From positions 1 to 64,000 of IMG/VR virus record IMGVR_UViG_3300026189_000003: a DNA stretch of 64,000 bases; one strand, 5' to 3'. The notes under the pieces are model-generated. The model did not search any database. It was not told the DNA's origin and worked only from the letters and a program-made list of their open reading frames with translations. The stretch is from a virus. Below, one piece after another: positions 37,332 through 48,785 of the stretch (within the stretch, counting starts at the first letter, position 1; each line of letters opens with the position of its first letter). The position numbers were made by a program, and so were the translations under genes.

Positions 37332-40300
37332 TTATTCTTCACTAAAGTATCCTGTGGTTATACCTGCTTGATTATCTACATATCCAGGCTCAGTATATGT
37401 TGTATTGTACAGTTTGAAGTTACTATTTCCACCTGCTCTGATGAATATTGCTTGTTCTGTAGGATCTAGCGATGCTTTATCCCATAATGCGTCTGTGCCA
37501 TCCCAAGCTACAGCGTCCCAAGTTGCCTGTACAGTCTTATCAATCATCTGCGATCCAGCTGGGTCAAATGCACTCCATCTAGCTGTTTGTGTAGCATTTG
37601 GAATATCATGTTGATCGTTTGCTGAGTTTATTCTATCATTTGCTGTATGACTTTGAATTGGAGTATTGTGTACACCTCTTCTAAGTTTGCTTAATCTATT
37701 TCCACTAACTTTTCTAAATTCAATTAGTTCTTGATTGATCCAAATGTATCCTGGATTATTATCATTAACTGTACCAGTTACAGTAGCTGGTATTGTACCA
37801 ATTGTTTGACTGTTATCATCTGGATCTTTAACAGAAAGTTCTGCGTATAGTGTTGATGCATCAGCAACATCTATATAAGTTACAGTTGCATCAATGTTTG
37901 ATGATAAAGTTGTTTCAGCAACTTTAGGTAATCTTTTGAATTCAGTATGACCACTGCCACTGTAGAAAATTCTAAATGTGTATTGATCACCATAACCATA
38001 TGTTTCAGTTACGTTGCCATCACCGTCGATGTCAGCAACATCTTTAGCTGTACGTTCAGCTGTAGTTACGGTCAAGGTTAAATTTTCTTTCATACTTGTT
38101 GGAACAAGTTCTTCCGGATTGTCTTCATGTTGAGGTCTTACAAATCCTGCGGCATCAAATTTTGTTGTAATTAATGACCATTTATTATTTGCATAGTCTG
38201 TTGCAAAAGTTCCTGACGTATGATTTTCACTTGTCACATAAACTAAATCTTTTATGTAATCCCATTTACTAAAATCAAATGATGAAACATCAACTGCATT
38301 ATGTTTAACATTACATCTATAAACTAATCCTTGATGTTTAACATAAGCACCTACATCGTAATTGTTACTCACACTCCAAGCGGTAAAGTGTGTCAAGTCA
38401 TCATTTTTTACAATAGTATTACTTGAAATTTGTGATGCATTATTCATTGTAATATCTTTAGTATATGCTGTTCCTGTTTGCCAATTTTTGGCACTTTCAA
38501 ATAAAGTATTGTAGAATATTTGTTGAACATCTGAATCCCAATCAAGTGATTGATCAAAACCAGTTATATCTAAACCTAATAATGAAACTAGTTCACTGTC
38601 AGTAAGTTTATCAAAACCAAATGGGAATCCTTCTAGTTCTAAATCTTTGTATGGTGCAATTACTTTTTTCAACGTAGCCATAAAAACTTTTACGGCGTTG
38701 TCATCATTAGTATCTAACGCGGCAAGTTCTGTTGAGAAGAAATATTTTGCAATTCTTTCAACTGCATTATCTTTAGCTTGTAAGTCACCTTGTCTACCAT
38801 CTTGTGCAATATCTTTGACCGTTCTCTTCTTTTTCAATTCAGCTAGTTGTTGTCCATCTGTGCCTGAGCTCAATAATTCTACATTCTCACTTACTCTGTC
38901 AAACACAACTGAAGATGATATTGTAAAGCTGTCTTCGGCATCAACATTAGCAGATTCTAGAACTGGTTGTTTTTTACTTAGATAGTTTACTAATTTACTT
39001 GAATATGGTTTGGCTTCATTTACATAATCTTTTACAAAGTCAAAAGTATCTGGTGTGTAACTTGCTAACTGTGTCAATGATGCATCATCTTGTACAACGT
39101 CGAAGTAAGAAGTCTTAATTACCCAATCAATATTTTCTTGTTCTGCAAAAATATAGTTGATCATTGCAAACAACAATTCGTTACTGTTTACTCTATTGGT
39201 TCCTGCAAATACGTAATCGTATAATTGTTTCATTAAGTTTCTTGTATCTGCGGAAACATCATCGTTTGTATAAAATTTTGTATTAAGTTTGAATGTACTT
39301 GTTTGGTTAGCAATTCTTACTAGTTCTTTCTTTTCTGAACTACTATCTCCACTGCCTTCGCCACCTTCTGATTGAGAACCAACTGAATAACTGCCACCAC
39401 CTTCGCCACCGCTGTATCCTGAGCCTGGTGAAACTGTTGCGTCACTGCTTGATACTGTTGATGAAGTAGATACTGGAGCATTACCTGATACAATTTCACT
39501 TCTAGGACCGTAAATGTAAATTGCCCATTTATTATTGTAATCTGTATTAACTTTGATTACTTCAAAGTCTGATAATGTTGATGTGTCTATTTCAGAGTAG
39601 GTATCAACTGTTCTATTAACAACAATTGCATTACTGTATCCTGATAGATAATAATCTGATTTATCGTAAATTGGACTGTTATTAAATCCACTTTCCCATT
39701 CTGGATAATCTACGTCCATGTTAATTGTTGATACTAAATCGTTAAGTTTGAAAGCAAAATGTCTTCTTGCTTCTTTAACATCTTTAAACCAAGTTTGTCT
39801 AGGTCTTATACTACTACCATATCTGTTTAATGGACCTAATGTGGTTGTATCTGGCACTGATAAATTATTTGCATCTTTTCCACTTAAACTATCAGTAAAT
39901 TTATTCCATATTCTTTTATCAACTGGTGTACTTGGATCGTTTTCTTTTATCATTAACCATTGCTTGTGAGATGGCTTGTCAACATTCATTATTTTATAAT
40001 TTAATGTAAACAAACTATCATCAGTAATTGATCTTGTACTGTTAGCAACTATTAAACTATTTCTATCAACAGGTGCATACCAGTTCAATCCAAATGCTGT
40101 TGGATCTTTTATAATTCTTGCAATTGATGTTGTTGAATATAATCTCCAATCGTAATCTGGTACAGTTGTTTTATCTTTGACCCAGAAATAATATTTTGTA
40201 GTTTGAAAATTCTGTTTATCTGTTGTTGTAATTGCAGTGTAGTTTGTAGTTGATACTGGTGTTCCATCTCCCACGTAACTTGCTGGTGCATTTGAACTTT

Positions 40301-43300
40301 CAGTCCATTCGTAAATGTCTATTGTTGAACCAGGAAATAGTTTACTCCAATATTTTTGTTTGTATTCTAAATCATAGTTTTCATATTCAAAGTATTTTAA
40401 TGTTGATGTGTTCCACCAAGTTTGACCTACTTGTTCTATTCCCCATGGTTCTTGATTAGTTACAAAAGAACTATCAGCATGATTAGTATAAACAGCAGGA
40501 TCAACTAATCTTTTGAACACTATTTCTTTCTCTGCTATTGCAGGAATTAAATTCTTAACTGGATCATATAAGCTAAATTCTGTTTCTCTATTGTAGTCAC
40601 CTAAATCAGAAATTTTAGATTTGTAAAATAAAGTACTATCAATTTGTGATTTACCTTTGTTAGTTCTTACTGTTCCATCAAATAATGTTTGTGATAAGTT
40701 AGCAGTATCTGTGTAGTCTATATCTGAATTAATAATCCAATACTTTCCACTAATTGTTATAGCTGAATTTACGTTGGCATTTGATGCCAAATTATCATAA
40801 GCTGTTTTTACTGATGCGTTCGAAGTTAATTTTAAATTATACCAATATGAATCACCGCCGTTATCTATCCAAATTTGATCTCCGTCTGTAAATGTAATTG
40901 CCGCACAAACATTTGATACAAAATGATTAACAGTAGCACCCAGATTGGCTTTTTTATCTGCTTGATCAATGCCATTATTTCTTGTCGCTAATCTCACATC
41001 TTTGTAAACATATATAGGATGTGGATTACTTGATAGGTATGTACTGTTTACAGCCGAAGCATTTGTACTAGTACCATCTGTGTCTAAAACATTATAAGTT
41101 GCTTTTTTATAGTTAACTGTGACTGTTGCATTTCCTGTTGTTGCATTAGTTCCATGGAACCTGACTTTCACAGCAGTATTTGATCTATCAGTGATGTTAC
41201 TTGCTAGTGAAGTTATTACCACGTTACCTGACAACGCTTGGTTCGATTTAAATGCATCTGGATTTGCACTAGTACCAACATCTAGTTGTGGTGCTGTTCC
41301 ATCCCATGCTTCATTAATTGTAATTGACACATTACTAATTGAATCACATTTTAATAAGTTGTCAGCAAACGTGACTGTTTTGTTATCACCGTTTGAAATT
41401 GTATCTTGCACAGTAATTGTAATATCTGCGTTTGGCGTAAATTCTTTTCTATATCCGTAACCTGGATTTTGCGAGAATGCACTTGTAATAACACCAGCTG
41501 AATGTTCTACTGCACCTGACCCTACACCTACGCTACCCGAAACTAAGAATGTTGGACTAACATATCCAGTACCACCGTTGTTTACTATGTAACTTAATAT
41601 ACCACCAAATGTAGTATCTCCTGAAGCTGAGGTGCTTCTAGCTGTTACTGTTGTTGATCCTGTTGTAACGGCACCACTAGTGGCACCTGTGAATGTGTGT
41701 GATACTGATGGTGTGCTGGTATTGTTATGTATATGTAATACAACTTGGCCACCTGTTTTCTTAAATGCGTTTGTAACTATAGCTGATCCACCGGACCAAT
41801 TAACAGTTTCTCCTACTGCGAAGTTGACTGCTGTGTTTTGTAAAGTAGAGTTAATTTCAAATGTAGGATTGTTACCTTTTAAATTAATAACTGCACCTGA
41901 TCCTGATGAAGGTGAACCACCTGTGTTAATTACTATGTCAGCCGGCTCGGCATAAAATCCGCCGCCGCCTTTAACAAAAGTAATTCCAGTAATACCACCC
42001 GAACCGTCAATAGATGATACTGTTCCTGATGCACCTGTACCTCCTGAACCACTTACAGTTATTGTGTCACCAACTGAATAACCAGAGCCGGCAGTAGTAA
42101 TAACAAATCCTGCCACTTGGTCAGCTAATGAGTCAACAACAATTTCTGCATTTGCACCACCAAAGTCTCCAAATGTAATAGTTTTAGAAATACTTTGATC
42201 GCTTAATTGTAATTGTAATTTTTTACTACCATGTGTTGTTGTAATTACAGAAGCATTACTTCCATCTAATTCATTTGGTAGTACATAATCAACAGTAGCA
42301 TTTGCAGTGGTGGCTAGTTTACCAGTTGACTCGTTCAATGTTACAGTCAATGGACTATTGCTTACAACACTATCTAATGTTTGTGTAATTGTAGAAAGTC
42401 TATATACGTTCCAATCTAAATTTGTATCTTTTGCTACCCAATAAGTTGAACCTAAAGAAATAGATGTGCTAACATTATTTTGATAATGACTTAATAAGTT
42501 TGCTTTGTCAAATACTTGATATGTAGTGTCATTTGCGTGAACATATCCAGCAGTTGGCATTTCAAAAGTTTCAGTTCTACTTGTGAATAAATTTGCTGTA
42601 GTTTTATCGCCCTTTGGTTTCTTAACCCAAGTATCATTGTCGTCTGCATCTATGGTAATAATATTATCAAATAAATTATCAGTTGTTATAGTTCCATCTT
42701 GCTTTGGTAGGAATGTAATTAATTGAGGATTAGCTTTTACTTTGTTACTGTCAATTTTAAATTCAATAGATTGATTAACATCGCTTCCGCCAAACTCACC
42801 TACTTTAAATGCATAATATTCATACATATTAAAGTTTTGGTTTTGAGTAACTTTAGTACTTCTTGTAATTTTATCTATTGCATTTTTAGTACCTTTTTGT
42901 CTTATAAATCCTTGATAGAATTTTGTTTGATTGTCATCAACAATTTCTAAATTATCTAAATATGTTCTGTTCTGATAACCAATTGTATGTAATCCTGCTG
43001 AGTTTAAATTTTCATTATTAACTGACTTATCAACATCTAAATAGTTTTCCATTTCATTTGTAGTAGTTTCAAAGTTACTAACAAGACCTTTTGTACTGTC
43101 GATCAAATAACCATTAGCTTCTAATTTACCCGACCAGTCATTAGTACGTAACAATGTCTGTTTAATTCTAGGTTGTCTAATTGACAATGTTGGATTATAG
43201 ATTGTGTCTAAGAAAGTTGTTTCGTTATCAAATATTGTGATATGTTCTATTTCTCTTACATATAAGTTTACAAAGTATATTGGTTCTCTGTTATCTTGTG

Positions 43301-46300
43301 TTACTGAAATAGTAGAACCTTCTCTAATTACAGTTGTTGTATTAGGATCAATCGGTGTACCAGTTTTATCTAAAATTGAATATGTGCTTCCTATGATATC
43401 TTCGATGTTTGCAACAACGCCTAACTTAGGTTTAAATTTTAATTTACTTGCACTTGGAGACAATGCAATAACACTACCAGTTCCCCAACCGCCTATGCTC
43501 CAGAATAAAAATTCTTTTGCACTGTATAACCAGTTAAGAGTTTGACTTGCATCATTGTTTATTTCATCAAATACCCAACCTTCGCTTTCAAGGTGTCTTC
43601 CATAGTTTACTAAGAAGTCAAATACTTCCTGAGAAGTTTTAAATTCAGTTCCATATGGAACAACAACTGTTCTGTTGGCTTCAGTTGATTTATATAAAGT
43701 TGCACTGATGCCACCTTCGGTAGGTACTTCATTTACTGTTACAAAATTCTTTGCAACAAATGATGTGTCAGTAACATGAGGTACTACTGTTCTATAAAAA
43801 TTACCTTCGTATCTAACTAACTGATCTTTTTCTAATGTTTGATTTGGCACGTAAGCACCAACTTTTGATGGTACTCCGCCAACAGATATTGGAACTTGCA
43901 CACCGTTTGGATCACTTACTGTTGTTTTAAAATGACTTCTGCTAATATCATAACCTCTAACAGCAAATCCTTTTTCTGTCTTTTCAACTATAACGCCACT
44001 GTATGCACTATTTTGTATACTTGGACTAGCATGAGTCACGTGTGAAATGTTATTATCTGGAATGTAAACACTTGTTCTAGTAGAATTAGGTGAGTATGAT
44101 TCAGTTTGTGCTCTATAACTTGCAAAGTCAACGAATGCTCCTTGTTTATGAGCTAACTGCGGTTGTACATTTCTTAAAATACCACCATATAAATCTGTAA
44201 TAGATTTGTTTTCATTAATTAATCTCTGAGTAACATATTGCTGATAACCAGTACCACTGAACGTATTAGTTCCTACTGTTTCTCTATCAACATAAACATT
44301 ATTGTTTGGTCGTTTACCTGTATTGAAATCGTATACACTTGTAGTATTGATTTTTGCTACTCTAGAATTCAATGTATCAAAAAACTTTTCATAATATTCT
44401 GCAGGTTTCAGTATTGACATTACTGCTGTTGTACCAAAAGAACTAGCACTGTTAATATAGTATGCTCTTTCACTTGGTGCATTGTCACCAATTTTCCAAT
44501 TCTTTTTAGCTTCATCGACACTTGGATTTCTATCAACTAATCCTAAAGTAAGCGGATCAATAACTTTACCTGATGTGTCAACAGGTACATAACTGCTAAA
44601 GCCTTCGTGCCTGTAAATATTTTCTTGATTTGTATAACTTAAATCTAATAAGTTAGCACGTGAACCTTCTCTAATAATACCTTTCTCGATATCATTAATT
44701 AATAATGCTCTTGCAGAAGATTGCTTCCAGTTATAGTTCCTATCCCACCAATGAGGCTTAATTGAGAAGCCTAACATTTCCCATGGATGCGTATCTAGTT
44801 TGTCTGAACCATAAAACTTTTTATAAATTCCTCTCCAGTGTCCTGCTGATCTATCTCCAAATAAATCTTGCGTACTACTCCAGTTCCATGTTTTCCAATC
44901 ATTTTGATCGTAGCCATTATTTTCAAATATATCTACTTGGTTGTTAACTGCCCATCTGTGAACTTGTGGCGTAATAACATCTGTGTATTCGCTGTATGAA
45001 TAATCTTTTTTATTAAAGTAATTGTCAACAGTACTATTGTATGAAATATCAGGAACATAATCTGGGTCCATGAATCTATTTTCAATATCGTTGTAAATTC
45101 TTTTTTCAATTTCTAGCAATGCTCTATCACGATCATCATTAAATTTAAGTGTTAATGATCCATCATGTCCTTCAATAAATGTTTTTGTTCCTGATGAATA
45201 ACTTGCATCACTAACTTCTCTAGGTAAAAATGCATTCGTCATTCCTAGCTTGGCTGGTGTTGACGGTATCCATGCAGGTTGTTTTGCAGAGAAGTGATAT
45301 ATTTTAATTACATCATTTACATCTGGCTTAGATGCTCCTACGAATATTATTCTAGTTCCTGATGAATTTTCAATAACGTAATCGTTATTCATTGTTAATA
45401 ATTTGTCGTTATTATAAATGTATAATGATTTTATATCTTTATCGTCACGTGGGTTGAATGCATAGCTTATGTCTAATCCAGGTTCACCTATCATTTCTAA
45501 AATATCTTGATAGTTTTGTACTGCTTGACTTTGGCTTTGTGTATTGTTCCAAGTTTTATTTGCACTTGTGATTGTAATAGTTTCTATTTGTGCATTCTTA
45601 CCGTAATTGGCCATTAAGCTGTAAGCCCATTTCTCACTTACTTTTTTATTTGTATTCAATGATTCTAAAACAGTATCAACTAATTTTTGATCAGTCCAGC
45701 TTGTAATATCATTGTCTATAGATACTTGTGTTACTTTTTGTAAAAATTTATTTTTAAATCTAATATAGTCGTCTTGTGCTAGTCTTGTTGACTTAATTAC
45801 ATTTCTATCATTGCTGTTAACATGAGTTAAGAATTTTACTAAAGGTGCACTGTGTTGTAATATTTCTTGTCCTTGTTCGTTTTCTTTTTTCGTATCTCTA
45901 TACGTATTATTTCCTAAAGGTTTTCCAGTTATATCTTCCTGTCTAGAAATAGCTGAACTCATATGTGATAATAAATCACTGTATGAATATTCATCAACTG
46001 GATTGTTCAATGCATTATGTGATAAGTTTTTTGGTAACTGGAATCTTGCTTTCTTTAAGTCTTTAGTTTCAAAGCTATCCCATACTACAAAAACATGGTA
46101 TCCTTTTGTAACATCAGCTGTCATTTTAATTGTTTGATTTTTTTCAATGTTGTAATCAACTTTGAATTCTTGTTCAACATTGTTTACATAAACTTTAACT
46201 TTAGAATCATCAGCAATTAACGATTCTAAAACAAAAGTATTTGCACTTGTATAATCATCAACATTAAAGTTTTGTTCTAAAAGCTGTTTAGATTTTTGTT

Positions 46301-48785
46301 TCGGTTGAACCCATTCTGTTTCATACACAGATGAGATAGAATCAACTAATGTTGAGTTCGCATTATCTACAACTGTTAACTTACCACCCATTCCTGCATG
46401 AGTACCACAGTAATAATATACTGTATCTGGTGTGTTTACATCTGGTGTAAACTCAACTGTTCTTGCTGTTGCTTTATCATACTCTGCTCCATAAAAAACA
46501 GTTTCTGAAACTTGTATGTCATTAATAAAGTATTTTACTTTAGTTGAATATCTTGTACCACTGCCATGTGTACCGTCGGCTGTTGTGCTTAATGCAAATG
46601 GATGTGATCCAGCTGAGTAACCTTTACTTGACAAACTTGAATCAGAAAGATCAAACACATATTTGTTTCCTCTAATCAATATTAAATTTTGTTTCTCAAT
46701 GCTATCAATATAAAATTTATTTCCGGTACTTGCTATACTTGGGTTTGTAATAACTTTTTTGTTAACAGTTGATTGTAAAACATTAGGGTAATTAGTTTTT
46801 TTATAATAAACTAATCCAGAAGTATCATCTAGCTGATAATTTTTAAATTTAATACTACCAACACTAGTATATGTATCGTATGATAATGGAAATCCTAATG
46901 ACGCATCATCAGTTCCTGTACCTACTGTGTAACCAAATAGCTGACTACCGTTAAAACTAGAACTGCTATATTTTGATGAATCATCTAGTACTACTCCACT
47001 GTTATCATATAAATTGTACAATGGTGGCTGATTGAATTTTGTTTTACTTTGTGATAATATCCAAGCATAACCAGTCCAATGATATTCTTTACCAGCATTT
47101 ACTACACCAGATTTAACTGTAATCTTGTCATTGTCAACAATAGTTAATCCAGCAACTTTAGTTAATGAAATACTTGTACCTACTCCACTTACTGTCCATA
47201 TAGAACTAGACACATCAAAGTCTACTCCAGTAATATCCCAGCTCTTGTCTGATGCACCATCTCCATCTGAATCATGATCCCATGGAAAACTATCACCTGA
47301 CCATTCAATCGGTGTTGTTTCAAATGCATTGTTTTGGAATAGTATTGACATACCATTTTCTAAAATTATACCATCAAGTGTGTAAGTACTTTGTCCTTCG
47401 ATGTCTGCTTTAGTTTGTGTTGTTGCTAATAAGTTAACTGTATATTTGTGTACTGCACCATAATTGTACAGTTGAATATCTTTCTTAAATTCGATAATAG
47501 GTCTAGTTGCTTTTTTTGATGCATCAAGTTGAAAAGCTGATTGTTGTAATTTATCTGTAGCGTCAAAATATCCACCGTCATAACCTGTGACATCTGTTGT
47601 TGATACATCCCATGGATGTTCTATCTCAACTAGTTTTTGTAAATTTCTATAACTTGTAATATTGTTTTTATGAACCCAGCCGTTTGTTCTAGACCACGGA
47701 TTGTTATCTTTCGAAGAACGATCGATAGTTATGTAATCATGTGTAGAAAGATCTGCTTGAGTATCCCATTTCTTTTCATCCCAACTAAAACTTACATCAA
47801 CACCTGAAGTTGTTTCTGAAGTAAAATCCCAAGGCTGATTTGTTAAAGTAATATATGATTCTGTGTCTAACACATCTTCATTTACTTGTACTAGTTCTAT
47901 ACCTGTTTCACTGCCTACACCTTCAACATAATATTTTTTATCTTGGTATGCTGGCTCTGTCAAATATGTTTTGTTGAATTCAACTAACATACCAGAACTT
48001 AATTTTATACCATTTGGTGAAGTATATTCTTTAGCACCAACTATTGCAGTAGGGCTGACTTTATGTACAATATTAACTGTATCACTTGCTGATATAGTTA
48101 TACTAGAGTTTGCAAACTCTAAGTTTAATCCTAATGTTTCGTAGTCTGTTGTTACAGTTCCGTTGACACTAACAACGTCTATGCTTGACGTGATAGGGTA
48201 AGATAGAGTAAAAGCCGTCTGTGAAGCATTAGCTGTAAAAGCCTCAACAGATCCTGTAACAACAATAGATGGTAAAAGAGGATCTACACTCGGATACCAA
48301 TAATAGTTTTCGTAGTTGATGAATTTATCATAATCAATTGGCGGTGCATAACTGTAATATTTTTGATCAAATAATCTATTTTGATTATTTGTTTTACCGT
48401 TTTCACTGCTTACATGATTTAGTGCTTCAGTATAAAATACTGCATCAATCGTACTTAACGAATCTGGATTTCTAATTATAAGTGATGGCTCTAATTGATA
48501 GTCACCACGTTGTTTTGTTTTTTCAATTTTGTAGTTGTCTTTTTCTTGAGAAAAGTAAACGTCATCTTTTCTACCAATAAATTCTGATGTTTGAATAGCA
48601 TTAGGAGAACTGAAAAGTTGTTCTACTGTTCCATCAAAAAAGTTTTTTAACTTTGCTGAATGAAATACTTCAGGTAAAAAGTCTAAAGCCTTAAAGTCAT
48701 CTGTAGTACTAACATTAGAAGTATACGTATCGCCAATGTTACTGTTAGATGTTGATGTGAATGAAACGTTAGACTCGTACGCCAT
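37332..48785 (-). CDS. Giant (3817 aa) baseplate wedge/structural protein
   Basis: Follows the gp6-like gene; PIDYDKFINYENYYW, NPWSRTNGW, YVNEAKPYSSK blocks; embedded CBM-like, cupredoxin-like and WD/FD acidic motifs. Confidence 0.75.
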   Translation of the reverse strand: MAYESNVSFTSTSNSNIGDTYTSNVSTTDDFKALDFLPEVFHSAKLKNFFDGTVEQLFSSPNAIQTSEFIGRKDDVYFSQEKDNYKIEKTKQRGDYQLEPSLIIRNPDSLSTIDAVFYTEALNHVSSENGKTNNQNRLFDQKYYSYAPPIDYDKFINYENYYWYPSVDPLLPSIVVTGSVEAFTANASQTAFTLSYPITSSIDVVSVNGTVTTDYETLGLNLEFANSSITISASDTVNIVHKVSPTAIVGAKEYTSPNGIKLSSGMLVEFNKTYLTEPAYQDKKYYVEGVGSETGIELVQVNEDVLDTESYITLTNQPWDFTSETTSGVDVSFSWDEKKWDTQADLSTHDYITIDRSSKDNNPWSRTNGWVHKNNITSYRNLQKLVEIEHPWDVSTTDVTGYDGGYFDATDKLQQSAFQLDASKKATRPIIEFKKDIQLYNYGAVHKYTVNLLATTQTKADIEGQSTYTLDGIILENGMSILFQNNAFETTPIEWSGDSFPWDHDSDGDGASDKSWDITGVDFDVSSSIWTVSGVGTSISLTKVAGLTIVDNDKITVKSGVVNAGKEYHWTGYAWILSQSKTKFNQPPLYNLYDNSGVVLDDSSKYSSSSFNGSQLFGYTVGTGTDDASLGFPLSYDTYTSVGSIKFKNYQLDDTSGLVYYKKTNYPNVLQSTVNKKVITNPSIASTGNKFYIDSIEKQNLILIRGNKYVFDLSDSSLSSKGYSAGSHPFALSTTADGTHGSGTRYSTKVKYFINDIQVSETVFYGAEYDKATARTVEFTPDVNTPDTVYYYCGTHAGMGGKLTVVDNANSTLVDSISSVYETEWVQPKQKSKQLLEQNFNVDDYTSANTFVLESLIADDSKVKVYVNNVEQEFKVDYNIEKNQTIKMTADVTKGYHVFVVWDSFETKDLKKARFQLPKNLSHNALNNPVDEYSYSDLLSHMSSAISRQEDITGKPLGNNTYRDTKKENEQGQEILQHSAPLVKFLTHVNSNDRNVIKSTRLAQDDYIRFKNKFLQKVTQVSIDNDITSWTDQKLVDTVLESLNTNKKVSEKWAYSLMANYGKNAQIETITITSANKTWNNTQSQSQAVQNYQDILEMIGEPGLDISYAFNPRDDKDIKSLYIYNNDKLLTMNNDYVIENSSGTRIIFVGASKPDVNDVIKIYHFSAKQPAWIPSTPAKLGMTNAFLPREVSDASYSSGTKTFIEGHDGSLTLKFNDDRDRALLEIEKRIYNDIENRFMDPDYVPDISYNSTVDNYFNKKDYSYSEYTDVITPQVHRWAVNNQVDIFENNGYDQNDWKTWNWSSTQDLFGDRSAGHWRGIYKKFYGSDKLDTHPWEMLGFSIKPHWWDRNYNWKQSSARALLINDIEKGIIREGSRANLLDLSYTNQENIYRHEGFSSYVPVDTSGKVIDPLTLGLVDRNPSVDEAKKNWKIGDNAPSERAYYINSASSFGTTAVMSILKPAEYYEKFFDTLNSRVAKINTTSVYDFNTGKRPNNNVYVDRETVGTNTFSGTGYQQYVTQRLINENKSITDLYGGILRNVQPQLAHKQGAFVDFASYRAQTESYSPNSTRTSVYIPDNNISHVTHASPSIQNSAYSGVIVEKTEKGFAVRGYDISRSHFKTTVSDPNGVQVPISVGGVPSKVGAYVPNQTLEKDQLVRYEGNFYRTVVPHVTDTSFVAKNFVTVNEVPTEGGISATLYKSTEANRTVVVPYGTEFKTSQEVFDFLVNYGRHLESEGWVFDEINNDASQTLNWLYSAKEFLFWSIGGWGTGSVIALSPSASKLKFKPKLGVVANIEDIIGSTYSILDKTGTPIDPNTTTVIREGSTISVTQDNREPIYFVNLYVREIEHITIFDNETTFLDTIYNPTLSIRQPRIKQTLLRTNDWSGKLEANGYLIDSTKGLVSNFETTTNEMENYLDVDKSVNNENLNSAGLHTIGYQNRTYLDNLEIVDDNQTKFYQGFIRQKGTKNAIDKITRSTKVTQNQNFNMYEYYAFKVGEFGGSDVNQSIEFKIDSNKVKANPQLITFLPKQDGTITTDNLFDNIITIDADDNDTWVKKPKGDKTTANLFTSRTETFEMPTAGYVHANDTTYQVFDKANLLSHYQNNVSTSISLGSTYWVAKDTNLDWNVYRLSTITQTLDSVVSNSPLTVTLNESTGKLATTANATVDYVLPNELDGSNASVITTTHGSKKLQLQLSDQSISKTITFGDFGGANAEIVVDSLADQVAGFVITTAGSGYSVGDTITVSGSGGTGASGTVSSIDGSGGITGITFVKGGGGFYAEPADIVINTGGSPSSGSGAVINLKGNNPTFEINSTLQNTAVNFAVGETVNWSGGSAIVTNAFKKTGGQVVLHIHNNTSTPSVSHTFTGATSGAVTTGSTTVTARSTSASGDTTFGGILSYIVNNGGTGYVSPTFLVSGSVGVGSGAVEHSAGVITSAFSQNPGYGYRKEFTPNADITITVQDTISNGDNKTVTFADNLLKCDSISNVSITINEAWDGTAPQLDVGTSANPDAFKSNQALSGNVVITSLASNITDRSNTAVKVRFHGTNATTGNATVTVNYKKATYNVLDTDGTSTNASAVNSTYLSSNPHPIYVYKDVRLATRNNGIDQADKKANLGATVNHFVSNVCAAITFTDGDQIWIDNGGDSYWYNLKLTSNASVKTAYDNLASNANVNSAITISGKYWIINSDIDYTDTANLSQTLFDGTVRTNKGKSQIDSTLFYKSKISDLGDYNRETEFSLYDPVKNLIPAIAEKEIVFKRLVDPAVYTNHADSSFVTNQEPWGIEQVGQTWWNTSTLKYFEYENYDLEYKQKYWSKLFPGSTIDIYEWTESSNAPASYVGDGTPVSTTNYTAITTTDKQNFQTTKYYFWVKDKTTVPDYDWRLYSTTSIARIIKDPTAFGLNWYAPVDRNSLIVANSTRSITDDSLFTLNYKIMNVDKPSHKQWLMIKENDPSTPVDKRIWNKFTDSLSGKDANNLSVPDTTTLGPLNRYGSSIRPRQTWFKDVKEARRHFAFKLNDLVSTINMDVDYPEWESGFNNSPIYDKSDYYLSGYSNAIVVNRTVDTYSEIDTSTLSDFEVIKVNTDYNNKWAIYIYGPRSEIVSGNAPVSTSSTVSSSDATVSPGSGYSGGEGGGSYSVGSQSEGGEGSGDSSSEKKELVRIANQTSTFKLNTKFYTNDDVSADTRNLMKQLYDYVFAGTNRVNSNELLFAMINYIFAEQENIDWVIKTSYFDVVQDDASLTQLASYTPDTFDFVKDYVNEAKPYSSKLVNYLSKKQPVLESANVDAEDSFTISSSVVFDRVSENVELLSSGTDGQQLAELKKKRTVKDIAQDGRQGDLQAKDNAVERIAKYFFSTELAALDTNDDNAVKVFMATLKKVIAPYKDLELEGFPFGFDKLTDSELVSLLGLDITGFDQSLDWDSDVQQIFYNTLFESAKNWQTGTAYTKDITMNNASQISSNTIVKNDDLTHFTAWSVSNNYDVGAYVKHQGLVYRCNVKHNAVDVSSFDFSKWDYIKDLVYVTSENHTSGTFATDYANNKWSLITTKFDAAGFVRPQHEDNPEELVPTSMKENLTLTVTTAERTAKDVADIDGDGNVTETYGYGDQYTFRIFYSGSGHTEFKRLPKVAETTLSSNIDATVTYIDVADASTLYAELSVKDPDDNSQTIGTIPATVTGTVNDNNPGYIWINQELIEFRKVSGNRLSKLRRGVHNTPIQSHTANDRINSANDQHDIPNATQTARWSAFDPAGSQMIDKTVQATWDAVAWDGTDALWDKASLDPTEQAIFIRAGGNSNFKLYNTTYTEPGYVDNQAGITTGYFSEE

